From Octopus bimaculoides (lineage: Eukaryota): DNA of 64,000 nt. Below the pieces are notes generated by a model, which did no database searches, was not told the DNA's origin, and saw only the letters and a program-made list of their open reading frames with translations. Where the stretch lies: positions 93,921,288 to 93,985,287 of the forward strand of contig NC_068990.1 in NCBI RefSeq assembly GCF_001194135.2, in the 5' to 3' direction. Numbering within the stretch: the first letter of the stretch is position 1; each line of letters opens with the position of its first letter. Positions 24,325 through 35,106 of this stretch are shown here, piece by piece. Made by a program: the position numbers and the translations under genes.

Positions 24325-24535
24325 ACTCTAGGTACAAGGCCTGTAATTCTTGGGGAGGGGGAAATCAATTAGATCAACCCCAGTACGCAACTGGTACTTA
24401 ATTTATCGACCCCCAAAAGTTTGAAAGGCAAAGTCAACTTCAGTGGGATTTGAACTTAGAACGTAAAGACAGATGAAATACTACTAAGCATTTTGCCCAG
24501 TGTGCTAATGTTTCTGTCAGTTCGCTGTGCTTTCA
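24325..24535 (-). mobile_element. SINE family B copy
   Basis: caaggcctg...actggtactta...gaaaggcaaagtcaac...tttgaacttagaacgtaaagac...gctaatgtttctg. Confidence 0.8.
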
Positions 24536-25523
24536 ATAACCTATTATTTATGCAAACACATCATCATCATCATTTAACGTCTGCTTTCCATGCTAGCATT
24601 TAGTAATAAGTCATTCTAATTTGTGCATCATGGTCACAACAGTTTACTATACTACATCCAATGACAAAATTCAGCAATACCATTATTGATAATTATCTTC
24701 TACTTTCCCATTAATTAATTATACTATTTCATAAGCAGTTTCTATAAAAGTCTTTACAATACCAGAATTACAAAAAAAAAAAAAATGTCTTTTGACAAAT
24801 TTGACATTCATATTTCTTAGAATCCTATACCAGTTGCATACTGAGGTCGATCTAATCGACTGGCCCCCTTCCCCTAAAAAAAATTTCGGGCCTTGTGCCT
24901 AGAGTAGAAAAAATTATATTATTATCCTTTTTTTAAAATTATGAATTCCATAATTTCTGATGCAGCAATCATTTGCAAATCCTTTAAAGATTTATTTCTT
25001 ATTCCTTTCTGTGTTACCATGGCTTTGTAAAGTTTTATTATTTAACAAGTGAAATTCTGCAGCAAATGAAACGCAGCTTTACAATTGGATTGTTAACCTT
25101 CTTTAGACTCGTTACTAATAAACTTGGAATGGCATCTAAAATCTCCAGCTAATTAGATGGAAGTAACATTTGTTATTTCATCCCAGATCAGCACTGATCA
25201 AACAGACCAGAAGATAAAATATATTCCTGACCTGACCATCCCATTTTTTAATCAGTCAAACAATATTTCGGACTAAATTTAAGTAATGTACCCTTCCTTT
25301 CCTTTCTTTACATGATGGCAGGGTGTGATATGAGTGAGATTTGCTGGATATTTCCAACAGAGGTTGTTCCACACTGGTAAAGTATGGTGTGTCTGTAATG
25401 TAGAAATAATACAGTTCCTAATAATACAGTTCCTTATAATACAGTCTCAACAAATCATTTCTTTGAAAATTACAAGAAGCAGCAGAATTTTTCCTGCCAT
25501 ATTAAAATGAACCCAAGTATCAC

Positions 25524-25701
25524 CTGTTTTAAGAACATCTTTTTCTGTTCTTGCTGCTGCTGTTGGTGATGAGGCTGCTGTTGCTGCTGCTGTTGTTGTT
25601 GCTGTTGCTGGAGAAACATTGACTGTTGTTGTTGTTGCTGTTGTAGTAGAGGATGCTGAAGCGGAAGTGGAGCAGACTGGGTCCGACCGAGTGGGCGATG
25701 C
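25524..25701 (-). CDS. HDAC4: Class IIa HDAC exon with second 14-3-3 site and poly-Q: (R)HRPLGRTQSAPLPLQHPLLQQQQQQQSMFLQ..QPHHQQQQQEQKKMFLKQ
   Basis: HRPLGRTQSAPLP matches the human S467 motif. Acceptor ttgacag| and donor |GTGATA, phase 2 to 0. Confidence 0.95.
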
Positions 25702-26059
25702 CTGTCAAAACAGGAACAAGACAGGTTTCACATTTTGCAGTTAGCTGGTGCCATGGATAGATGGCACCAGTGTTAATGCCAGACACATCATTGACATAAC
25801 ACAACCTGAACGGAAAAGACTGAAACCTAAAGCATAATTCAACAAGTGATTTGGATAGAAATAAAGTGGTATCAAAAAGTAGCCAGACTAGTTCTGTAGC
25901 ACACCAACAGATGGCAGCACACGGTTGCATACACCATGTGAGCTAGCAATGACCTTCAGGAGGCAGTGGGCTGAGTGACATTGCTGTGTTTACTTTGCAA
26001 GTCATGAAATTTTGTGATCACATGTGTCTGCTGTAGTCTGTGATTTTTGTCATGGACAG

Positions 26060-26119
26060 GAACAAAGAACCAACGTGAAATTTTGCATTAAACTTGGGAA
26101 GTCTGCTGCAGAGACACTG
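26060..26119 (+). mobile_element. Mariner transposase N-terminal remnant (EQRTNVKFCIKLGKSAAETL)
   Basis: Matches the EQRxxIKFCxKLGKSAxET N-terminal motif of irritans-type mariners. Only 20 codons are recognisable. Confidence 0.65.
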
Positions 26120-27383
26120 AGCTGAAGGCAATGAGGAAATGCAGAAGAGTGGACTGGAGCAATATGAAATGAAATGTCTTGTCCAAGAACACAACTCACT
26201 ACCCAAGTTCAGGAATGAAAATCACTATCTTGTGATCATTAGTGCAACTAAAATTACTCCACACTTGAAAGACAGGGAGAGAGAGAGAGAGAGAGAGCTT
26301 ACACAATTTTGGAGTTAGGGTTAGCTTTATAGAATTGAAGTAGATCAGTTCATGGTTGAAACTACACTCAAGCATCTGATTGTGAAGATCTTATCATTGG
26401 GCTCTGACACTCACCACCACTGTTGTTTTAATGTCCAGTTTTTCATGTTTGCATGAGTGAGACAAAATTTACTGAGTCAGACTCCCAATGAATGAATGCC
26501 TTTCTAGTCACCAACACCAACTTATTTCCAAGGGAGGTAATGCTTGCTGTTATTGGCAGGACTGGGAATGAAAGACACCACTTGTGTGAGGGTGGCACTC
26601 ATTTACAACTATTATATGATGTCAAGACAAGGAGACATTAACACAAACATACATACATATACACACACACCAGGCCTTTTCTTTAGTTTTTGTTTACCAA
26701 ATTCTTTCACAAGGCTTTGGTTGACCTGAGGTTCCAGTGGAAAACACTTGCCCAAGGTGCCATGCCATGAGATAGAAACCTAAGCAATGTAGTGAGGAAG
26801 CAAACTTCTAAAGCACACAGCAATGCCTCTGCAGTAATTTTCATTTGGCAAAAATCAAGAATAAATTGTCAACTGATTTTATAACAGTGTATTACTGGTA
26901 TTTTATATTAGTGATCAAAAGATGAATGAAAAACAGTGTCATCTTTCATGGGATGATGAAGATGAGGATGAGGAGGATACATAAAATAAAGTTAGTTCTT
27001 TGGCAGGTGAGAAGAACAAACCTTTCACATTTTTTTATGTAGGTTTCATTCATACATAAACCTTACATATTTTCAATCACAAAAATATGCCAATCCGACT
27101 ACAAATCCTGTGGATATCATTGAAAGAGGCAGACATCTGGATTTTAAGCAAAAGGGATAGAGTTATTGAAAAAAGAAAAGAAAAAAAAAGAAAAAAAAGG
27201 AATTATTAATTCAATATTGTAAAGTTTGAAAGGAGGTTACAGAAACCAAACAGTGTGAAAATGCTTGGTCTGTCTGTCTGTCTGTGTTGGTGCCAATACT
27301 GTCATCATCATCTTTTGCCAACAAAGAATATTATTGAAAAGCCAAATGGATTACAAGAAAACAAAAACAAGCTGTTAACTTAC

Positions 27384-27549
27384 CTTAGACGAGCATGGGC
27401 GACCTGGGCATCGGAAATACCGGAACTCACAGAGCTTGGAATAGAGTATGGACTCACAAGTGGAGAGGTTAATTTTCCAGTTCGGCCTTCTTCAAATGCT
27501 TTCATCTGAGGTATGAAGGCTTGGTTTTGAGGAAATTCCCCATCAATAA
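27384..27549 (-). CDS. HDAC4: Class IIa HDAC exon: (V)IDGEFPQNQAFIPQMKAFEEGRTGKLTSPLVSPYSIPSSVSSGISDAQVAHARL(R)
   Basis: Pyrimidine tract plus ttttaag| acceptor and |GTAAGT donor, phase 1 to 2. ISDAQVAHARL leads into HRPLGRTQSAP, as I recall for invertebrate HDAC4. Confidence 0.88.
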
Positions 27550-28005
27550 CTTAAAAGAAGAAAGGGAAAATAATTTTCTTTGAATTTTTTATTCCATTGT
27601 TTTATTTTCTTGTTGTTGTTTACAATATTCAATATGGAAAATGAAACCATGTTACTTTTACATCCACTATGTTGGAAAGCACCTGGTTTTACCATCAATG
27701 ATGTTACGTACATCCATTACATGTTTTAGAGTTTTCAACAATTAGACATCCTCACTTAAGTGAGGTTAACTTATTGGCCCTTTGTGTACAGCTCCTGTGA
27801 TGTAGGTCCTGTAGAGGGACTTGTCTGCATGTCACTGAATGGATTTGCACTTTGGCCACCACAAAAGGAGAAAAATACCAGCAGTAGATAAGAGGGTGAC
27901 ACATAACTTTTATTTAGTCAATGATGGATTTCTATAATTTTCTTTCAATTAATTAAATGCTTGAAAGTAAATATGATGAAAAGCCTCAAAATAACAATGA
28001 CATAC

Positions 28006-28141
28006 CATGGCGCGATGGGTAATATGGTAAAGTATTTGGTAATATATGACTGGTCAATGGCAGGTTATACCTGGCAGCGTTCATGGCACGGACATCAGCA
28101 TCAGTCATACCTGATGAAGGGCTACTGTTGCTGCTACTTCC
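28006..28141 (-). CDS. HDAC4: Class IIa HDAC exon: GSSSNSSPSSGMTDADVRAMNAARYNLPLTSHILPNTLPYYPSRH(V)
   Basis: Acceptor tcttgcag| and donor |GTATGT. Phase 0 to 1 bridges the neighbouring exons exactly. Little recognisable homology in this linker. Confidence 0.8.
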
Positions 28142-28385
28142 CTGCAAGACAAGTTGAACAATAAACACTGAGTGAAGACAAGAAAAAAGAAGAAAAAAAA
28201 AAAAAGGATTTCAGCTGAAAAGTCATAACAAATCTATTTACTCTCTTGCAATAATAAGATAATATTATCCTCACAAAATATGGCAGTGCCAATAATATTG
28301 GTTTGAAAATCTGGCAATGAGGCTGAAATGATGTGAAATGTTAAGAAACAATATGAGGAAGTAGAAGAGGTAACTGACTCTCAGT

Positions 28386-28473
28386 TTGTTCTTCTTTTTT
28401 ATTATTTTTCTCAAGAAAATATTTGTTGTTCTTTTTTATTATTTTTCTCAAGAAAATATTTGTTCTTCTTTTT
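28386..28473. repeat. Tandem duplication of about 37 bp
   Basis: tttttattatttttctcaagaaaatatttgtt occurs twice. Confidence 0.85.
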
Positions 28474-30024
28474 TAGGTATTTCTGTCACCCAGCTGCTTT
28501 TCTTGTCTTCATATCCTTTATGCTCCTGAGCAGATAGCAGTCAACTTTTTTAATACCTGGTCCCCTCTGTAGGGTCCTTTTGTGATAGACCTTTACTCTC
28601 TCTTATGCATTCTCTTCAATCCCTAACATTGCCATGGGTCTTTCTTCTCTGTGTCACCGATGGCAAGTCTGCCACTCCATATAACATAATATCTGGATAA
28701 CAAGATTTTTCAAGTGACGAGATGGTTAATGTAAAGTATTTGTTTGTCATGTATTCAAATTTTGCAACAAATAATGGCTGATACAATTAGCATATATAAT
28801 TAAAAATAAAAACATTCCAATCACTAGTTAAATAGTCTTGTTTTGGAAAAGTATCTGAATATAGTAATTATACAAAATATCTAAATTAGTAGACATATTC
28901 AACTCATGTCAGTAAGCATTCCTAGATTAATGTAATCATACCGTAACAATTTATTTAAGATAATTTTTATGTCTATTAACCTAATCTATAAAGAGCAGGG
29001 TTTAGTAATTAGTTTATAACCTCATTATCAGGCTTACTAATTAACCTCATCCATACAATGCAGGATTTACTAATTTATCTTATAACATCATCTATCCAGT
29101 GTCAGCTTTACTAATTAGCTTATCTGCTAATCTGTCTTCGCTCACTTTCCACTCGATCAATTACAGATGTTTTATTCCAAAATGATGGACGGATTCTTTT
29201 CCTGTATCCGAATATATCCCAGCAATTCCTGACTTCCATGCTTCTCATTTTATGACATTTTGAGGTCCCTCTGTTCCAGTTCCTATCCAAATATGGGTAA
29301 ATCACTGTAGCCCTGAGCAACTAAAGCTTTGTGAATGGAATGATAGATGAAATGGTAAGTCTTTGGTTGACATCTGGTGAACATACAAGAAGACAAAGGG
29401 AAATGCAAATGCTCTCTCTCTCTCTTTCTCTTACCCCCCTCTCTCTTTCTCTTACCCCCCCCCCTCTCTTTCTCTTACCCTCTCTCTCTCACAGGTTTCT
29501 TCAGTTTCAGCCTAACAATTCCATTCACAAAGTATTGGTTGACCTATGACAATATTAGAAGACACCAGCCAACAGTATCCATGAAGTAGGACCTAACCCA
29601 CAATCACATGGTTCTAGTGCAGCAAATTTTTTCTTCTTCCAGCTATTACATCCTGGATGTTGTGCTGGGGCCGACGTTAAGAAGGCCAAGAGAGCATCTG
29701 TGTCTGCTTGGAAGTACATAGGGATAAAAAAAAAAAAAAAACAACGTCCATGTAACAAAGTCACACTCATTTGCAGGTGACAGCTATGTCCTACTTTTCT
29801 TAGAAATAAGAGAGGAAAACAAAATAATTTCAAAACATTTCAATATTTCACCCAGGAAATATTAAAATGATAAACATCGATTAAAATAATAACTTCATCG
29901 TTTATTTGATATTAGGTTTCCAATCAGCTTCAGGTGCTGTAAATATGGAGAAGATAAAAGTTAATAATCCTGTGTATTCTTCTCGTCATTACTACACAGA
30001 AAATATGACCCAAATACTACTTAC

Positions 30025-30147
30025 AGTAGAGGTTGGAGGTCGTCCAAGAGAAATGTTTGGCATGGAAGGCGACGTATACAAACTTATATCTGCTCCTTGT
30101 TGAACAATACTGCTTTTATATATCTGGAAAGGATAGGAACCATTATC
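30025..30147 (-). CDS. HDAC4: Class IIa HDAC exon: DNGSYPFQIYKSSIVQQGADISLYTSPSMPNISLGRPPTST
   Basis: LYTSPSMPNISLGRP matches human LYTSPSLPNITLGLP (S350). Donor |GTAAGT. Acceptor attccag| at 30147 has an upstream CTAAT branch-point-like motif; a second in-frame acceptor lies at 30123. Confidence 0.9.
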
Positions 30148-31395
30148 CTGGAATATAATGAAATTTATAATTAGTTACATGAAGGGTGTTTAGATGGCAG
30201 TGGAAGTGTTGCTCGTTGTCGTCCAACTCTTTCAGGATTCCACAAAACAAGAAATTAAACAACACTTAACAGTTCAATTATCCATTTCTACATACATTTT
30301 TCTTTTTTATCACTCAATGTATGTTGAAGCTGTTAAAAATGTTAACAGTATTATGTAATTCATAGATAATTTAAACTACAAACATTTAAGCAACAGGAGT
30401 AATATACACACATGAAGATTAAGTCGAGGCAAATTTATTGTAAATTTCATAATGACCCAAACTTTAAGTTTTATCTGACAGCTTATTCAACCAGTGAAAG
30501 AAAAAATAAATTTATGATGTTTATACAGCAAAAATGAATTATTATTACTTCTAAAATCCTAAATAGAAGGAATTTTGATTTTATTAAGAATAAAAACCTG
30601 ACAAATGAGTTTAAGTGTCAGAAAAATAATTTTAAAAGCAGGGAAAGGATAGCGAGGAGGTAAAGAGATATAACGAAGGGAAAAGAAAAACGATGACAAA
30701 AGTCAACAAACGGTGAAGCTGATAAGAATATGATTTCTTTTGAATTTTGGGAAACGGATGGCTGAAGAACATATTTCTATATAATGTGAGTTAATGTGCT
30801 TGTGTTGTATTGTTAGCGCATATGTGTGTATGTGTGTTTGTTTATATGATTCTGCAATGCAAAATACAAATACGTCTTGCTAGCAGGCACAGATTTATCT
30901 CCCTTTGCTTTCACTCTTTTCAGTGTGATCTTAACATACAAGAAGTCTGCCTCTTTGGTATTTTAAAAGAAAAGCAGTAAAATATTCAATAAAAGAAGAA
31001 TTTAAAGAATGGAAGTATTTGAAAGATAAACTATTCAAATCTTGATCTGTCTTTGATATTGTATCCCTGCAATAACCCTTTGAAACCAGTGGAATATTGC
31101 AGATCTGACAGCTGGAGGCAGAGACATTTCCACCAGCCTTTTTCTATACCAGCTGCATCAATTGTAGTTTCTGCAATCAGGGAGGACAAGGATCTTAGTT
31201 TTCTTGCTTTTGTTTCTTTCGCTTCATTCCATTTTTTGCATCAACCTTCTTCACATTTTTTCTTATTTTCTCACCACTCCGTATCCTTGTTTTGTAAAAT
31301 ATATCTAATGCATAAACAAAACTTGGAAGATTGCTTGGAGATACATGGCATATATTATGAACATGCCTGCTTAAAATATCATAAAAGCACAAATA

Positions 31396-31437
<42 letters not shown>

Positions 31438-31524
31438 CATACATACACACATATATAGATACAAACATATTTCAATAAAAAAGTGTATAAAGAGAGAGAG
31501 AGAGAGAATACCAGAAATATTTAC

Positions 31525-31625
31525 CTCTTTTGATTGGAGGGATGTTAGGCTTCCATTTGGAAGTGTACCACTTGGTGGAGAATTTGGGCCTGAGTCTGGG
31601 TTACTGTTACATATGGAGGAATCTA
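31525..31625 (-). CDS. HDAC4: Class IIa HDAC exon: (I)DSSICNSNPDSGPNSPPSGTLPNGSLTSLQSKE
   Basis: Acceptor tttttag| (tandem TAG) and donor |GTAAAT, phase 1 to 0. Resembles human DSACSSAPGSGPSSPNN. Confidence 0.9.
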
Positions 31626-32640
31626 CTAAAAAGATACAAGGGCATCTTTTAGAGGAAGAAACAACACATGAATTTTATCTTTTAATTATGAATTAAACTA
31701 TATTACTACATTAAAAACATTGAAATTTTCATATATTTTGTTTTTAAAAAAGCTTTAAATGAGTAAAAAAGTAAAGTATAAACTTGTTATGGACAGGTGT
31801 ACTCACAATATATTCTTTGTGGTTAAAAAAAAAAAATGAAGAAAAATCATAAAAATAGAGGCTAATTGTCATAATACAAAACATTAAAATGTGGTGGCAT
31901 AACTCTCCTAGTTTCTAAGTAGAACACAAATGATGACTTAGTTATTAAATAGAAACTGAATGTTATTCATGTGCTGACTCCATCTTTAAATAGTTAAGGA
32001 TGAGACAACTTTAACAGAATAAAAAATTTTAATGTCTGAATATACTAAATGGCAGAATATTGTTTTTCAGTTATAAACAGTCTATAGAGGCATCCTCTAT
32101 GTCTTGGAGCATGTTACTTATTTCTAGATATTTGCAAATTATTGTTCTGTTTAAATGTATCTTTGCCCCAAAATGCTGATCTGAAATAGGCAAGATCTAT
32201 TTTCAAAGAGAGATTTGTTTGTATTCATACTTAACCATTTTGTTACCATATCATTAAAGTACGTTGCTTTTGTTTCAATTAATTTTGAAAAATATGTAGC
32301 ATACAGCAACTATTTAATTTATAAAACTGAAGTTTGGAACTAAAATTAACTTTAAAGTTTGATGCAAGGTTTTAATTTAGATGGTGTTGAAACAGGAATT
32401 TTTTTTTTTTTATAGAACCAGAGTAGTTGGCATCAGAAAAATAATTTACAACTCAATGAACCAATGAAGACAGATGGCTCAAATAATTTACATGACTAAA
32501 TCAACTAACCATAAAGTTATGTCTTATTTTTACACTTTGAATCTATTTTTATTTATTAGACAGCACAATATCTAATTTCTTAAAAGAAAGTTCATGGTAG
32601 AATTCCACCCCAACTTTAGGTTAGAAATGTCATACATTAA

Positions 32641-32838
32641 CTCTTTTGTTACCAAATTTCAGTTGAAATACATTGAATTTCCTTCAATTAATTTTGGAAA
32701 TAACAAACAATATAGCTAGTGCTTAGAACATAGATTAACGTGAAATTTTGATGGAATCATTTAATTTAGATCACTGGAAAATGGGAAGTTCATATCAAAG
32801 AACCAGGGGCAGTATTAGGTAGGTTGGTATTAAAAGGG
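32641..32838. mobile_element. TTAA-flanked MITE, second family; a related degraded copy lies at about 32235-32436
   Basis: TTAA|CTCTTTTGTTACC ... GGTATTAAAAGGG|TTAA. The neighbouring copy begins TTAA|CCATTTTGTTACC with a similar interior. Confidence 0.7.
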
Positions 32839-33044
32839 TTAAAACAAATAATTTCCCTGCTCCAACAGACTTCTACTTCACTTTAAACAGATAGCAAAGA
32901 AATAAATACAATGAATTCTTAGCTCACACCGAGACAGGAATTAGACGATAATGCTGACATTCATTTCCCCCCCAAATTTTTTAAAAGAAGTGCAGAGAAG
33001 TCACATTGCAGATATTTTCTATTTATCCAGAAATTATAAGAAGC

Positions 33045-34078
33045 AATAAAAACATTAGAAAATGCAAGGAATATTAATGCAGTATATGGGGAACGGACAA
33101 TCGGCATGAGCCAGTGCCAACATTGGTTCTAGAAATCCTGAGCAGGAAACTAAGACAAGCCTCGTCCTGGAAGATCTGTAGAGCTTGATGAGGATGTCCT
33201 GCAAACCCTGGTGGAACAAGATCCCATAATAACTGTTGAAGAACTAGCAGAGAAGCTTGGATTTGGCCATTCAACCAATCATCAACACCTTTGTACCATC
33301 AGGAAAGTCAGCAAGTTGGATCAATGGGTTCCTCAAAAACTAATCATGCACAGAGAGTGAATTTGTGCTCTTCTTTGCTGTCACATTTCACAAATGAACC
33401 GCTTTTAGACTGAATAATAATTGGTGACAAGAAATGGATTGTCTATAAAAATGTTAAGCACCAAATACAGTGGGTCGCGAAAAGAGAAACACTAGCACCC
33501 CAGGCTAAAGAAGGTCTTCACCCATGTAAGGGGTTGTTATCTGTTTGGTGGGATATGAAAGGTTTAGCCCATTTCAAACTTTTAAACCCAAACCAAACGA
33601 TAACAAAGGAGATCTACTGTGAGCAGCTTGAGCGGCTTAAGTCAGCGCTAGAAGGAAAATGACCATCTTTGGTTTCAAGACAAAAGGTGTTCTTCCATCA
33701 GGATTATGCTCAGCCACATACAGCAAGGATGACATTCCAAAGGCTGGAACAGTTTGAATGGGAAACAATGTCCCACCCACCATATTCATCAGACATTGCC
33801 CTATCTGATTATCATTTATTCCGCAGTCTTCAAAATCATTTGGATAGAAAATATATGAATTCTGTAGATGAGGTCAGAACAGTAATGGAGGAGTATTTTT
33901 CGTCATGGACAAGTGAATTTTGAAAGAGGGGCCTTGCAAGTCTACCAGATAGATGGAAGAGCATTGTAGAAAATGAAAGAGACTGGATTTGAGATTAAAA
34001 AAGAATTTTGTTTATCTTAATTTTGAAAAATAAAAGAGGTATAAAAAAAAAAACCGCATTATTTATGGGATGACCCAA
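33045..34078 (+). mobile_element. Decayed, 5'-truncated mariner transposon (DD34D) with intact 3' TIR
   Basis: Frameshifted motifs WVP, IGDKKW, FHQDYAQPH and PPYSSDIALSDYHLF, with 34 residues between the second and third Asp. Ends ...ccgcattatttatgggatgacccaa followed by TA. No matching left TIR seen. Confidence 0.92.
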
Positions 34079-34429
34079 TATATATGTATATGTAAAAGCA
34101 GGAGCACTTAAAACATTGGCTGAAGGTGAAGACCAATTTAGCTAATTTCATTCAGACCTTGATGGAACAATTTATAATCAAATATCAAATAAGAGAGACC
34201 TCGACTTCACTGTTGCTGTTATATAATTGCTGTAGGGTCTCTCAAACTTATCTGTGGATAAGATATTTTTTGATAGAAATGACAGCCATGAGGGATTTAG
34301 TGAGCAGCTAGTTTACACAAAGACACTCCTCCTCACTCTCCCTTATGTCTTCTCGACATATTTGTATCTTTTGTAAGGTACCACTAAAATACAAATACCA
34401 TAAGTTATTTAATGCATACTATTCTGGCC

Positions 34430-34880
34430 TAAACAACATTGTCTCCACCATCAAATGCCCCACTTGAAAACATATGTTTACACTCCAACAGTCACCTTGC
34501 AACTGTCGAAATCAACCCACTTGTCCACTCAGGGGATATTACCTCTCCAACAGTGTGGTACACCAAGCATCAGTCACACTACCTGATCCAGGGGAACAAT
34601 ATGGCACTCACCATTAATGACTTCAAGAGACATAACAATCAACTACTTTAGCCTTAACAGCAAGGAACTCTGCTTCCCTGTCCTGATATATCTAGAAACA
34701 CAAGAACTGAAGACACCATCATCCCACTATAACTTATAATGTTATTGATAGAGCTAGTCCATATTTGATTTGGTCACATAATTGTAGTGATTGCGTATCT
34801 GAAAACTTCCAGATACTGAACCAGGCCACAATATGTTTCAACAGAAAATACAAAGTGTTATCACTACAGAGTGGCATGCC
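34430..34880 (+). mobile_element. Decayed Penelope-like element, GIY-YIG endonuclease region
   Basis: Reads PCNCRNQPTCPLRG..SVVHQASVT...DFKRHNN...VIDRASPY..SHNCSDCVSE..IL, the Cys/His-rich linker and endonuclease pattern of Penelope-like ORFs, with stops and frameshifts. Confidence 0.65.
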
Positions 34881-35074
34881 TTATGGAGAATTTCCAACCA
34901 GTTCTACATCTCAAACCAAGCTACTGAACTTAGGACCTGCAGCGTTTCCAGTTACATGACCTGCTTTGAGTACTATGAACAGACTTCACAAACTATCAAT
35001 AAGGAAAAACTTTACCAGTTACTTGAAGTTACATCTCCATTCACAAAAACATCTGAAAGATCATAGATGTACTT

Positions 35075-35106
<32 letters not shown>

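Noticed and set aside
29120-29320. 66-aa minus-strand ORF in slightly CpG-richer sequence
   Set aside because: No recognisable homology or splice signals that fit the gene's phases.
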